Position numbers and translations under genes: made by a program
NCBI GenBank assembly: GCA_048213135.1
Contig: PS015169.1
Span: 1 to 53,793, forward strand
DNA length: 53,793 bases
Source: Reclinomonas americana ATCC 50394
Lineage: Eukaryota
Direction: 5' to 3'
In this document: in pieces, positions 33,248-46,532 of the stretch
Layout: each line of letters begins with the position of its first letter
Numbering within the stretch: the first letter of the stretch is position 1
Notes under the pieces: model-generated
Seen by the model: the letters and a program-made list of their open reading frames with translations, nothing else
Database searches by the model: none
What the model was told of the DNA's origin: nothing

Positions 33248-36200
33248 ATGGAAGGTATTCAGCATGTAACGTTGACACGTCTGTTTCGCCCGCTTGGGCG
33301 TTACGCCCTCTCTCTCTCTCTCTCCCCACACACACGCAAAGAGACGCACACAGGTATCCACTCTCTCCATCTTACGCTTCTCACACTCACCGCAGGTGGG
33401 AATCCGAACCTACCAGCCACAGCGCACACCACTGGCACTCGAACTGAACACGCCTTCACTCGCACGCACCACCATGCCACTGCGGGAGCCTTGAGCATTG
33501 CCACCTCGGCTCCGGGTTCCGCCGAGGCCATTCACCGCACACTGCACGGCTCACTGGCATACAACCTCATGCAGCTGATATGGTCGCTCAGCAGGTAACA
33601 TTGATATTAATGTCATCCTCGCGACGTGTGATGCTCACCATATATGTGTGCAGGGAGGTGGAGTCGTTGCGGCCGCGATGGACAGTGTCGGCTGCCACTC
33701 TTGCGCACTTTGTGCTGGCCTGTTTGCTCTCCGCCACGTGGCCGGTGGTGCAGCGAGAGGGTGCTCCGTATGTGGTGTGGCTCATGAAGCATCAGGGCGG
33801 TGGCGTCGTGCATGCGGTGTGCACGGCGGTGTTGTCAGTGGCGGCAGTGGTGTGCACGCTGGCGGTGCTGTACGTGGTGCTGGCGGCGCTGGCGGTGTAC
33901 CGATCGTGCCGACAACACGGTGCCTTTAATGATCGCACCCTGCACCGCTTGCTGGCCTGGTGGCTGGTGTCGGCATTCGGCCTGTGGCCAGCCGCACTGG
34001 CCTTCCTCCAGCTCATCCAGGTGGCCATCGATGCGCGCCGAGCACTGCTCATGCCCACGGCCTTGTGGCAGACGTCGCTGGTGCTCATGTCGATTGGCAT
34101 GATCACCTTGCTGCTCACCGCCGTGCCGCTGTACGCCACATTCATGCAACGGCGCAGCGTGCTGCCGAACACTCTGTTCACCGTCAGCGTGCACAGCCGC
34201 AGCCTGCTGTGGTTGCTCATGGTGGAGCTCGCAATATTCGCGTGCGGCCTCGCACCCTTGCCCATTGCTCTGTCGGTTCGCCTCCTTTCTTTGCCTGTCT
34301 GCCTCGCCCTCGCCCATTGCCTCTCCTCATGCACTGCATGCGCCCCTTCCTTTTGTGTCTTGTGGAACTGGTCCATAGGTGGCGTGCCAGATCGTCTGCG
34401 GCTTCATCGGCTGCCTCTACGCTCGAAAGACGCTGCCGTTTGCCTTTTCCATCTCAAACATGATCATGGTGGCGGTGTTTTCCTTCTCGGTTGTCTCCGG
34501 TATAGCGCTGGCCCTCGACTCGCTGATTGCCTTGGCATGCGCGCTGCCGGTCGCGATGTTGGTGAGTGCGCACGTGCACACAGTCCGATTGCCTCTGTCA
34601 TGCTCTCATCGTCGCACGCAGGTGGGTTTTGTGGCCGTCCGCACCCGTGAGCGCGCTGTACTAAGCAAACTTTCCGCTCTGGCGGTGCGTGCCAAGCAAA
34701 GAGTTGCGCGTCGACACCTCGTTTGCAGTGTCCCCCGGCATCCAAAAGTCCTCCCTGGATCCCTCCCTGACCCAGTCTGTCGTTGCGCAGGCGGAGGTGT
34801 ACCGAACCGACACCAATGCCGCGCCCAGCACTCAGCAACTGCCCGACGAGACTGGTGAGGCGACTGCCAATCCGGCCGAGGACGCCGCGCACGAGGCACA
34901 GCTGCTGCAGGACCGCGAATTCTGTCGCACGATTGTGGACAACAGCGCTTCGGAGGCCGAGCTGTTGCTGTGTATTCGCTTTGTGCTGAACGGTCTGCAA
35001 GCGCAAAGTGGCGAGGAACTGTTTGCCATGGCGCACGAAGCCATGCCCACAAGCGTGCGTCTGCACTTGCTGCACGCCATGTTCCTCGATGAGCTGGTCG
35101 GACGCGAGATGAGCCATCGTGTCGCGCCTCGTGTTTCGCGGGTTTGTAAGAGCATTCCCTTCCTCTCTCCGTCTCATACCTGCCCAGTGTGTCTCATTCC
35201 GAATCGCCCGCAGACGCTCGAGGGCTTTGAGAGCGCTGCAGCACCAGATCTGCGCTTCTTTGTCATGTGCTTTCACTTTGCGCAAATGGAGAACGTGGCC
35301 ACGGGCTCGCCGACCAACAAGAGTGTGTACTGGCGTGTCCGGCTGGCGGCTCAGCTGCATCAGCGTCTGCTCGGGCTGGTGGGAGAGTTTTGGCGTGCCT
35401 TCCTGTCGCCTGTGCCGTGCGAGAAGGCGCTGTCGAAGATTGTGTCGGAGCTCGGTGAGTGACATGGATAGGCAGCGACTGCGGCAGGTTTGCTGACTTT
35501 GCGTTGTGCAGCGGTGAACAATGATCGAGTCCGCGGCATCTTTCGTGGCCTCATTCAGGAGGCACCGCGAGATCCGGCAGTAGTACGAGCCTACGCTCAT
35601 TACGGTGCGCTGGACCATTCATCTGTTCTGTTTTTTTGTTTGCATTTCTGTGGCTCACTGCGTTTGCGGCAACAGTGGAAGACATGGAGAATGAGTTGCG
35701 TCACGCGTTTGGCATCGTCTCACAACAATTAGCTCCTCACTGGTGTGTCACACAGCGAGGTGACCTCCAAGCTGCTGAGGCGCCGTGCCGACGTACTCGA
35801 GGACGATGCGTCCAGTGTTCGCCGTGGTCGCCGACGGAAACGTCCAGCCACATTCCTGCGTGCTCAGTTGCGTGTGGCGACCGTGTCTCCACTCCACACA
35901 CTTGTACGTTGCACTCAATCCGTCTTTCCTGCACCACAGAACTGCTGTGGGCGCCGACGCGGAGCCACAACTCCCGCCGCCAAATGGGATTGCCAGAGGG
36001 GCGCCGCTGGCGCTCTCGCCCATCAGCTGCGAATCGTCGGTTGGCTCGACCTCACCGGTACACATGCACTCGCCTTGCACGCCCCTCCACATGCCGTCGT
36101 TCGTGCCGTCGCCGTTGGCGGACGCCGACGGTGCGGCTGTCGTGCGTCGGCGGTCCACAGCGCCAATTGGTCCGTGGCAGGCAGCGCCGGGCCTCAATGA

Positions 36201-39200
36201 ATCGGCCAGTCTCATTCGCCCGCTGCCTCGAGAGTCTCGCTCGGCCTCGTTGTCGGGGGCGGCCGTGGCAGCGGCCGTGGCCATGGGACTCGGCTCGGCA
36301 AGGCGAGATTCGGTGCGCACACACGAGCAGGGTGCATCGCACGCCCAGATGAACGCGACAGCGAGTCCGCTCGGCTCGCCAGCATCCTCGGTGCAGCAGG
36401 AGCAGCAGAGACTGCGCGAACTGCCACCTGTGCAGCTTCACAAACCCTTCAATGCCGACGCCGCCTGGCGACCCAACGTGCCCGTACCGCCGCAGTCACG
36501 CAGAACTTCGGTGGTTTCGGCGGCGGCTCCGAGCTGCGCCGTCCCCGCAGCGGTGGACTTGGCGAAGGCTCTCCAAGACGCGGCCGACATGGAGGCGCTG
36601 GAGGAGTCCAACACCTCGTGGCTGTCGCACCACTTGCAGCAGCTGCCGTCGATGGGTGCCAATGGTGTCGCCGTCAGCGATGACTTGGACTCGGACGACG
36701 ACATGGCGGCGCGCGAGGTGGCCGGCCGCATGTCGACGCCGTTGATGGCTGCGCCCAATGGCATTCTGAGTCCGGTGCAGGCTGCAATCTCGACAGCACC
36801 GTCGGCATCCAGCAGCGCGGCCACCTCCCAGTCTCCCAAGCTCACAGGCATTGTGCGGCCGGCATCACATTACGGCCTGCTTGCCGGAAGCGCGAACGGT
36901 GTGGCGGACGACCTGAACGGCACCGACAGTTCCCTTCGTCGGCCGTCTGCGTCGATGGAGGCAGCGGCTGCAGGTCTCGGCGTCGCCGCGCTTTCCGATG
37001 ATGTGCCGACTGCAGAGCTTGTGCCGCGGGTGGTTGGTGCTCGGCGAGGAGGCAGGTGGTGGGGTGGCAGACACGCTGGTGGCGCCGGCAGGCGAACACA
37101 ATCATCCGTGCCTGCCGTAGAGTCGCTGGATCGCGAAAGCCGACGTTCGAGTGTCGCTCAACCGCTACCACCGCTACGTCTCTCCGTGGGCGGAGACACC
37201 GAGAGCGCGGCAGTCGGTCCCGGTGAAGTCGCAGGCCGTCGTATGTCGGCCAGTCACGCCGCCATGGCTCGAGCCAACGAGGACGCCATGTCGATCAGTG
37301 GTGGCGGCGGCGACATGGTGGGAGCACACACGCTCATCGACCGTCTGGTACGCACCAGAAGCGGTGGTCGTCGTGTGACGCAGAACTTGGGCAGAGGGAC
37401 CGACGACAGCGATGCGAACAATGGTGACGACAGCGATGTCGAGGATGGCAGGTTTGTGCTTCGACAGAACCGCGGAATGCGCCACAATCAGCAACGCAGC
37501 AAGCACACGGCTCACGCACGATCGGCGACGATGCCTGGTGTTCCTTCGTCGCGCGACCTTGCTCTCGACTTTATAGACTCGCCGACTGGCAGGGGTGTCG
37601 GTGTTGGCGGAATGGGTGGCGCAGGAGTCGCTGCTGGTGGTGTTGCTGGTGGAGTCAGCAGCGGTGGGACGCCCGTCACCTTTGCCAACGACACGCAGAC
37701 CAGCGGCGGTGGCGGTGGCGGGTTGCGCGGGCTGGCCCCGCAGGTCAGCATCGACCTGACACCCTCCACCGCCACTGGTATTCCGTTGTCGCCGAACGAG
37801 CAAGACGATGCGGACGATGATGGTCGTCACGGTGCAGATCCAGAGGCCGAAGACATGCAGGTATTTGACCGCATAGTGTGTGATCCGTGGTCCCTTCCTT
37901 TGCTCAATATTGTGAGCCACATCAGAATGCTGGCATGCCACCACGGCTGCAGAGCAAAATGGCCGCGAAGCGTGAGCAGCTGCAGCTGATGACCATCAGA
38001 TCGCGGCTACAGTCGCGCAAGTCCACTGCCGTGTTCCGACTTACCACACAGGCGGTGAGTTGGACGGCGTGACACATGCGGTGGACCACCACCAACTGAT
38101 TTCGTTTTGTGTCACACAGTGGGTCATTGTTCTCGGATTTCTCGCCTTGGCGCTTGCGCTCTTTGTGATGAACCAGAGTGTCATTGAGCAGCAGACGGCG
38201 GGGACTGAGCTGCTGCCTTCGCCACCCACGCCAAGCGGTGATCTAGCACCCTTTGCAGCCTGGGCGGCATTCTTGGTGACAAATTCGCGAGCCGGTGCGT
38301 GCACTCTGTTTGTTCTGCGTTGCATGTGCACGCTTCCTATTCTGCTCACCTCATCTTTCTACCTGGGTAGCTCTCGCCATCTCCGACATGTACACGGACT
38401 TGCTAGCCACCGCCACAATTCAACCATCGGGCCTCTCTCAGTTTGCCGCCACAGCCGCAGCACAGGTTTGTGTCGCATTGTTTTTCTTTGCCAATGAGGA
38501 CTCGATTCCCACTTTTGCGGCCCAACGCAGGTGCAATCCGCGTATCGTTCCTTGCACGCGCTCAGTCTGTCAAGTGAGGCCACGGAAGCACTGGAAAGCA
38601 TGATACCCACTGTGGTGGCTCCTGCTGGCACCGCCACCAGCCCGTCGTATGTGATGACAACGCAACGCCTGTCCAACCTGAAATTCGAGGTTGTGATGGC
38701 CACACAAACGGCGGCAACGGTGCGGGGGAGCGTCAAGGCGTCAACACGCTTCTCTTCTTGATCTTGCTCATCATTGCTTTTGCCATGCAGTGTCTGGCCA
38801 CTGGCAGTGCTGGTGCACTGAGCGACCCGGGGTGCGATGCGGCCGCTCGTCGCGTTTTCTACAATGGCAACGAGTCGCTACAGGCGGAGTTGCACGAAGC
38901 CACCGACGAAATTGGCGACGTGAGTTGAGGTGTTTGGCCATGAACTTAACTCGCCGTTGCTTACACGTGCCGAGGCAATGCAGGCTCTTGCGACGTCGAG
39001 TCGGTCAACCTTTTTGTTCAAAACATTGGCGGCAGCCGGCTCCTCATTGTTGGTACTCATTGGCATCACGCTGATCACCATTCCGTCATTCCGCAGTGCC
39101 ATGCGTGAGCGCCTCAAGTTCCGTTCCTGTATCCCTTATCCCGTGCCACACTCTCATCGACTCATCCGTTCTGTGCTGCGGCGGCAGTGTTATTGCGCTC

Positions 39201-42160
39201 TTCAAGCTGGTCCCCAAGACGGTGGTTCGACACGTTTACAAGCGCATCCGTCGCAAGCAGATGTTCTTGGCGTCGACCGCCACTCGGTCTTCGTCGGACC
39301 ACAACCAGTGCGGGGCGGCAGGCAGCGTGGCCAATGGTGTGAGGGAGGGGTCCAGTCGTCGACCGTGATCCACACGCATGCACTCACTCACTCTTTTCCC
39401 TCTTCGGCGCAGGTCACACTGCCAGTCTCCGCAAGCTGCTGATTGTGTTTGCCGTGTGCGTGACCATCTTCCTGACGCTCACCATGGCGTTCACCATCAT
39501 GCACTCGATGTTCGGCAAGGTGCATGGCGACGTGCTCAATCAGCTGTCGGTGATGTCGGTGAGTGAGTGCAACCGGCATGGTGATAAACAACCTCGTTCG
39601 GTAATGTGTACTGACATGGTGAAACAGCGCTTCGATTCGTCGCTGTATGCGGCTGCCAACTCGGTGGTGCAGCAAGCAAGCGGGCAGACGATGGATGAGA
39701 GCACGGCCAGGTGAGAGAGAGCTGAACGACATCAGTGTTCGCATGCAGCTCGCTCACTCGGGAGTCTCGTCACAGAGCCAATACTGCAGGGCACTTGAGC
39801 ACAGCTCGCGAGTTCTGGGACTTAGTGGTGTTTGGTGCCGAGGCCGGCAGCGAGTACTCGCAGGCTGGCCTCCTGGGCATCACCGACACTCTCACGCAGG
39901 CGCTCACTGGCCCTCAATGTGACGACATTTCGCTGAGCGCCTGCAAGTCCACTGACGCGCTCGTCCGTCGCCTCTTCTCACTCCTCGGAAGGCTCTCCGC
40001 CGATTCGACCTCACTACGTGGCGTCAAACTGGACTCGGTCGCCGACTGGAACGAAGTCGGTGCGCACGTGCCATTGAGCGTCCGTGTGCGCTCTCCCCCC
40101 CACGTGTGCTTACTTTGCACTTGTGCGCCTGTGCAGTCGATATTCTCACGAATTCTGCGCTGTACACGAGTCGCTTCGCGCAAGTGCAGAATGCGTGGTA
40201 CCAGATGTACTCGCCAATCATCGTCAGCTTCAGTGCCGCCAACAGTGCCCTAATTGCCGTGTGCTTTATCGTGTTCCCGCTGTTGTACACGATCCTGTTG
40301 CAGCCGCTGATTGCGCATATCGCGAGTGAGGTGCGTGGTGGAGAGAGAGGGTGGTTGGAAGGGAGAAAGAAGTGCAGTTGCTCATTAGGGAACTTGATCT
40401 TGCAGCACAAGCAAACGATGCAGTTGCTTCTTATGTTGCCGCTGCCGGTGATGGATGCGATCGCGCCGATCCACACGTTTGTGATGGGCGGCGATGGTTC
40501 ACTCGCCTCCAGCGAGAGTCACCACCTCGTGCAGCAACGGCAACAGAAAATGCACAAGGTTCTGGAGACGGCCGCCGACGGTTTTATGGAGTTTGACGAG
40601 AGCGGGTGTGTCAGACAGTTGAACAAGTCGGCAGAGCTCATGATTGGGTTGCCGGCGACGCGGCTGCTGGGTGATGGGGTGAGTGCGGGGGGGTGTACAG
40701 GAAAAAAGGAGTGTTTGTGCCGCTGCTCACTCCTTGCGGGTGTGCAGATGAAGCAAGTGTTTGATCCACGTGGAGTGAATCAGATCCGACTGGAGGTGCA
40801 GGACTACATCAAGGGTCGACAAGAGACGCGCATGTTTGAACGAGAGGTGAGTGGGGAGCTTGACGCAGGAGTGCGTGCGCTGGAACTGACATACTACCGG
40901 TGCCACAGATGAATTGCATCCGCTGGGACACGTTCTTGGGCGAGGGCGATGTGCCGGTGAACGACGAAGGCATGATTGGTGACGAGATGCTGACGGACGC
41001 CGACGACATGCACGTGCAACTGTTGCATGCCAAGTCGAGTCTGTTCCCCGTGTGGGTGAGTTCGAAGTAGCGTCGCGCTGCAAGTGAGGGAGACTGCATC
41101 TCATGGTGTGCCTCGCAGGTCTCGTTCCATTTTAGTCGCGTCGGCGAGAACCACATATTTACGTGTTTCTTCCGCGACTTGACGCAAGAGAAACGACGAC
41201 AGCAGCACCTTGTGGAGGAAAAACTGCGCAGTCACAATCTGCTCCTCAACATTCTGCCGAGTCGTGTTGCGTCTCGAATACAGAACAAAGACTGGCCAAT
41301 TGCCGACTTGTACGACCGAGCCTCTATTCTGTTCCTCGATGTTGTCGGTGCGTGACCGCGTTCTCCTCGCTCGTGCATGAGCATGAAAATGATGTATGTG
41401 TGCAGGATTCACGGCGCTTGCCGCCACCATCTCGTCCATCGAGCTGGTGGAGATGCTGGACGACCTCTTCACCAAGTTTGACGAGATCTCCGAGGAATTC
41501 AACGTGACGAAGATCAAGACGATTGGTGACTCGTACATGGCGTGCACGGGTCTGGAGGCGCACGATGAGGCGGCTGCCGCTCGCGCTGCGGTGTCACTGA
41601 TCGAAGCCGGCCTGAATTACATTGAGACGGCGGCTTTGATGGGACTGGCGGTGCGTGCACCTGTGCAACGACGCCGCGATGCTGATGTGCAGAAAACATA
41701 AGAAGCGCTTATTATATATATTGTCTCATCGCATAGATTCGAGTCGGTGTTCACACTGGCCCGGTGACGGCGGGCGTCATTGGTCGCAAGCGCTTCCAGT
41801 GGGATATGTGGGGAGGTCAGTTGCATGTATTCCTTTCTCTCTCTTCTGTTGTGTGGGCACGTATTCTGACGCAGGCGCTGTGTGGCAGACACGGTCAATG
41901 TGGCCTCTCGCATGGAGTCCACCGGTATTCCTATGCACGTGCAAGTCAGCGAAAAGACGGCCAGCATGACACGAGACGCGTACATTTACGAGGAGCGCGA
42001 GGTGGATGTGAAGGGCAAGGGCCTCATCACCGCCTTCTTGTTGGTGGATCGACCGGAGGCGCAGGCACTCGAGCAGCTGATGTTTGACGAGCAAATGATG
42101 ATGCAGCAGCAGCAGCAGCAGCAGCAGTTGGCCACGGAGGGGAGCTCGCAGTTGCTGTAG
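33248..42160 (+). CDS. TmcB-like multi-TM, PAS-domain class III adenylyl cyclase, paralogue B (~28 introns)
   Basis: Same architecture as paralogue A plus a ~640-aa low-complexity exon (35940-37860). PAS: VLETAADGFMEFDESG. Cyclase: LLLNILPSRVA, ILFLDVVGFT, KIKTIGDSYM, QWDMWGDTVNVASRMES, VKGKG. PolyQ tail; stop at 42160. Confidence 0.9.
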
Positions 42161-42886
42161 TGGTGGGGGGAAGGAGGGCCGGGGAAAATCAATTGGAAAT
42201 AATTGTTTATGGAGTGAATAGTACAATGGAGGTTGTTGACTCACGGGTAAGGGGAAGAACGAGGGCACGTGATGCCAGGCGAACAGAGCTGGGAGGTCTA
42301 GGTCATCCATACTTGTCACGAGCCGTGGTTTCTCGCTATAGATCTTGCAGAAACGCCATCTCGACTTTTTCTCGTTTTTCCGTGGTGTCTGAGTTTCTGG
42401 TGCTCACTCAAGACGGTGATCGTCATATATGCTGTGTTGCTGTTTGGATTAGTACAACAACAACAACTTTACTAATCCAAACAGCAACAGCCGCTTGATG
42501 ATCACCATCTTGAGTGATCACCACCATGAACAAAGTTGTTGTTTTCGTTGAATCCAGATCCCTTCTTCACGGATCCGGACCATCCTCTGCCAAGGCTTGG
42601 CCTTCTGCAGAAGAATGAATGTGCCATTCATGCCCGGCGAAACGCAGAGCTGTCAAACCCCACTTTTCTGAGCAGATCTCGACTTGTTCGAAGTTCCGAG
42701 AGTGAATTCCGAACACAGCAAAGAAATCCCCTGCCGTTGCCGGTGTTTGCGCTCATGTTGTGGATGTGGTTGGAGTTGCTAAGCACAACAGCTGCTTTGC
42801 TGGCAGGTTGGCGAAGAAGTTGCATACACCAATTGTGATTGACTTTCGCGCCAAAATACGATTTTCTTGCATTTGAGAGAGAGAAG

Positions 42887-45800
42887 ATGAGTCTCTCCTC
42901 ATACTCATCCATCTCCGACAGCAGCAGTGGCACACAATCAACCACCGTCTCCTCCATTCCCGCCAACGCCATGGGCGCCAGTGCATACTCAGGTATCCCT
43001 TCCTCTTCTCATCTTTCCTTGTTTTTCGCGCGCTCTCACTCTCTCTGTGTTTCCCGCGCGCGCGCGCAAAGACGCCACTGTGAACCTCTCCGATGCCACA
43101 GCACCTCCGCGCCACTCTCTCCTCTCAGGCGACTCGCCTCCATCGTACGCGCCTCTGGTCAATCCACTCACCGGGCAAGTCATCAGTCCACTGACTGCGA
43201 CCTCGGCCTCGTTCTCCACTCCTCCTCGGCCTTCCTCTCAACACCACCACCACCACCACCAGCAAAGACCTTCAATGGACTCCACGAGTGATCACATGCT
43301 GAGCGAGGACGATGATGATGATGATGATGATGAAGAGCAACAGCCTCCTGCGCAACTCGAGTACTCGATTGACACATTGTCGCGAGTTGCGTCTCTTTCT
43401 TGTGTTGGTGAGTGGCATTATGTGTTAATGGGTGGATGTGGGGCAGGTGATCCCGGAGGAGTTCTCGTTTGATCAGCAGACGGCGCGGGAACAGCTGTTT
43501 TTGTTGCAGGAGAGGCGCATGGCGAGCTTGGAGGATATGGTGAGGGATCCGTCCAAGCTGGTGACGCCGCCGGAGGGGATGAGGGGGGAGAGAGTGGTGG
43601 TGAGTGGGGGGAAGGGGGGAAGGGGAGAAGGGGAAGGGGGGAAAGGGGGAAGGGGGGCGAAGGGAATGGGAAAGAAACAAGGGAGTCATAGTGGCTCTTC
43701 AAGGCGAGTGCAGCATCAGAGGAGAAGGCGAGGCTGTGTAGGAAGAGCGACTGAGGAATGAGTGAGAGAAGGACTCTGGAGAATGAGGAGAAGCAAGAGA
43801 CAGGGGCAGGGGAGAAAGGGAGAACAGAGAGGAGCTGGGGACTGTTTGTGACCTCCACGGCTGCTTCCCTCTCAGCGTGAGATGATGATGGGCAGTGCAT
43901 CGATTCTCTCCCTTTTCTTCTTTATCTTCTTATTCTTCTTCATCGTCAAGACTCTTGGGAATGAGGAGAAGCAAGAGTGAGTGCAGTAACAGGTGAAGTT
44001 GAGCTGCTGAAAGGGAGAAGGCGAGCGAAGCAGCAGCAGAGCAGACAGGGAGGCTGTGTTGGAAGAGGGGCTGAGGAGTGACTGAGGAGAAGAAAGACTG
44101 TTGGGGAACGAGGAGAAGCAGAGTCAGAAGCAGGGAGTGAGAGATATTGACTGTCGGAGGCGAGCAGGGGAGAAAGGGAGAGCAGCGCAGGGGGGAGCTG
44201 GGGAATGTTTGTGAACTCTACGTCTGATTTCCTCTCAGCGTGAGATTATGATGGACAGTGCATCGTTTGTCTCCCTTGTCTTCTTTATCTTCTTCTTCTT
44301 CTTCTTCTAGACTCTTGGGAATGAGGAGAAGCAAGAATGAGTGCAGGAACAGGTGAAGTTGAGCTGCTGAAAGGGGGGAGGCGAGCGAAGAAGCAGCAGA
44401 GGAGACAGGGACACAACGCAGGAGGAGGGGCTGAGGTGACAGACAGACTATTGGGAATGAGGAGAAGCAGAACAGGTGAAGTGGATGCTGCAGAATGGGA
44501 GAGACACAGAGAGTCTCTGGGAGGCGAGCGAAGCAGTAGCTGAAGAGAACGAGAGGCAGGACCTGGGAATTGTTGACTTAGAGAATGACTCTGGGGGAAT
44601 GAGGAATGGGGCTGCTGAAAGGGACAGAAAGACGGACTCTTGGAGTCACGAGTGCAACAGAGGGGGACAGCGCCCTGTAAGGTTGCAATCGTGTTGACTT
44701 CACGCTGCCTCACAGCTATGGCGCGACTCGGATGCCGGTGCCTCGTCCAACGGCGAGGATCGAAGCGGCAGTGCTGGACGATCGGCGTCGCGGCAACGCG
44801 ATGGCAGCGATTCGGGATCGGTGTGTGGCTGCCGATTGTTGTTTACTGTCGGCGACGACTGCAGTGCTGACGAGTATTTGTGTGCGTGCAGTTGTCATCG
44901 CGGAGCACTCTAGAGGCTGGCGTGCAGACAGACATTTCCGTGTCGCCGGTGGTGAGTCTGTCATTGTGAAACTCCACTGTTCCATCGGCTGCTCTGACAA
45001 CGTGCTCTGTGCTGCAGGCGGTTGCTCCGCTGCCTCCCGCCGTCGGCTCTCCCTCCATGGCGTTCACGCCACCGGCCGACAATAGTCGAGCGCCGCCGTT
45101 CTCCGACCTGCCAAACTTGTCGCCCATTCGGAGGTGGGCAACGAGACTTGCATCGTGAATATCTCGTGTCGCTGATTGTCTCTTGTTTATCGCTCGGGCA
45201 GCGACGGAAGCTCGCCGATCGTGCGTGTACGAACACCGATCTCATCCCCGTGGAATCGCCTGCCGCCTCGTAGTCCCGCACGATGTTGCGTACAAGAAGC
45301 AGTTGTGATGGCACTGCGCCAGATTTTCTCATCATGCTTTCCATCGCAGCTGCTTCTGTCTCGAAACAACTGCGGTTCCAGCTTCCCGACGATCACTCAC
45401 ATACACCACGTTGCGTCCCCGCTCCACCTCACACTCTCCACTCTGTGTGTGACCTGACTCGTGTGTGACTTGCAGCGTCTCCAAACACGCCCTCGCCCGG
45501 ACCAGCACTGGAGTACGGCGGCATGGACGATCGGTCACCACCAAAGCCGTCGCTGAGCCCCGTGGGCGACCCTTTCGGTCTCTCGTCCATGCGTCAAGTG
45601 CAGCAGCTGCAACCGCAGCCGCAGCCGTCACAGTCGCTCTCCGCTTCTGCTGCTCGTCAGTCCACCCTGTGTTCGTGGGACGTGTCGTCTCTGCAGTCAA
45701 TGTCGGTGTCACACGTTCCGCAACCCGGCGTGGACTCGACTTCAATGCATCAGTCGCCTCCGCCACTGCCACCGCGACAGCAACAGCCGGCGCCCCCCGT

Positions 45801-46426
45801 ACGCCAAACACAACCACCGCCACCGCATCATCATCATCATCATCATCACCAGCGTCGATCGAGTCGTGCCCCACCACCCGAAGCCGCGCATCTGTACCGC
45901 TCATTGTCGTCAGCAATGTCGGACGACTACACGGAGGAGCACTATGACGAGGTGATCATGCCTCTTCCCCTTTTCCTTCCCCTTCCCCCACCCCCCTTCC
46001 CCCATGTCGCTCATCTGTCTCATGCAGGCCTCTCCCGCTCGAACCGGCTGGCCTCAATTCTCGGTCGATTCGTCGTCGTATGGCACGGCGGATTGGAGTC
46101 GTCGGTCGTCAACATCGGCCAACGGGACGTTCAACAACGGCGTTGCGCTGCAGTATGCCGCCTCTCCGCAGAAGGCACATGCAGTGCCGCAGACGGATTA
46201 CAGCTGGCACGAGCAGCAGCAGCGGAGGCACATGGCGGCGTTGGTGGCCGCGCAGCGCAAGGCAGAAGCTGCCATGGTGGCGCACCGCCGTCGGTTACTG
46301 CAAGCCGCCGAGGCTGCAGAGATTGCCAACGACCGCGACGCACTGACGCAACGGACGCCGCTCAGTCCGGCCGGGTACGCTTTCCTGCGCGACCGCTTGG
46401 TGAACAGTTTGAGGGGCAACTCATGA
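42887..46426 (+). CDS. Ser/Pro-rich low-complexity protein of unknown function (9 introns)
   Basis: A continuous frame is obtained through GT-AG introns at 42993, 43386, ~43600, 44820, 44952, 45133, 45285, 45410 and ~45952. It joins ORF pieces 42927-43472, 43432-43761, 45523-46443 and 46004-46426. No recognisable domain. Confidence 0.7.
43700..44500. repeat. Imperfect ~360-bp tandem duplication inside a 1.1-kb intron
   Basis: ACTCTTGGGAATGAGGAGAAGCAAGA at 43951 and 44311; CTCAGCGTGAGAT and AGGTGAAGTTGAGCTGCTGAAAGGG recur at about the same period. Confidence 0.9.
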
Positions 46427-46532
46427 ATATAGTCGACAATTAATGATGGGGCTGGATAACAGCTGCAGAGTACACTTGAGATTGAGCAAAGGGGCGTGGG
46501 AGGGTCGGCGGCAGGCCACCGTGTGCACTCTC

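Noticed and set aside
42993-43071. GTATCCCTTC donor resembling a U12 minor-intron 5' site (also GTATCC at ~33354)
   Set aside because: It mismatches RTATCCTTT, has no TTCCTTRAC branch, and an ordinary CTCAC branch is present.
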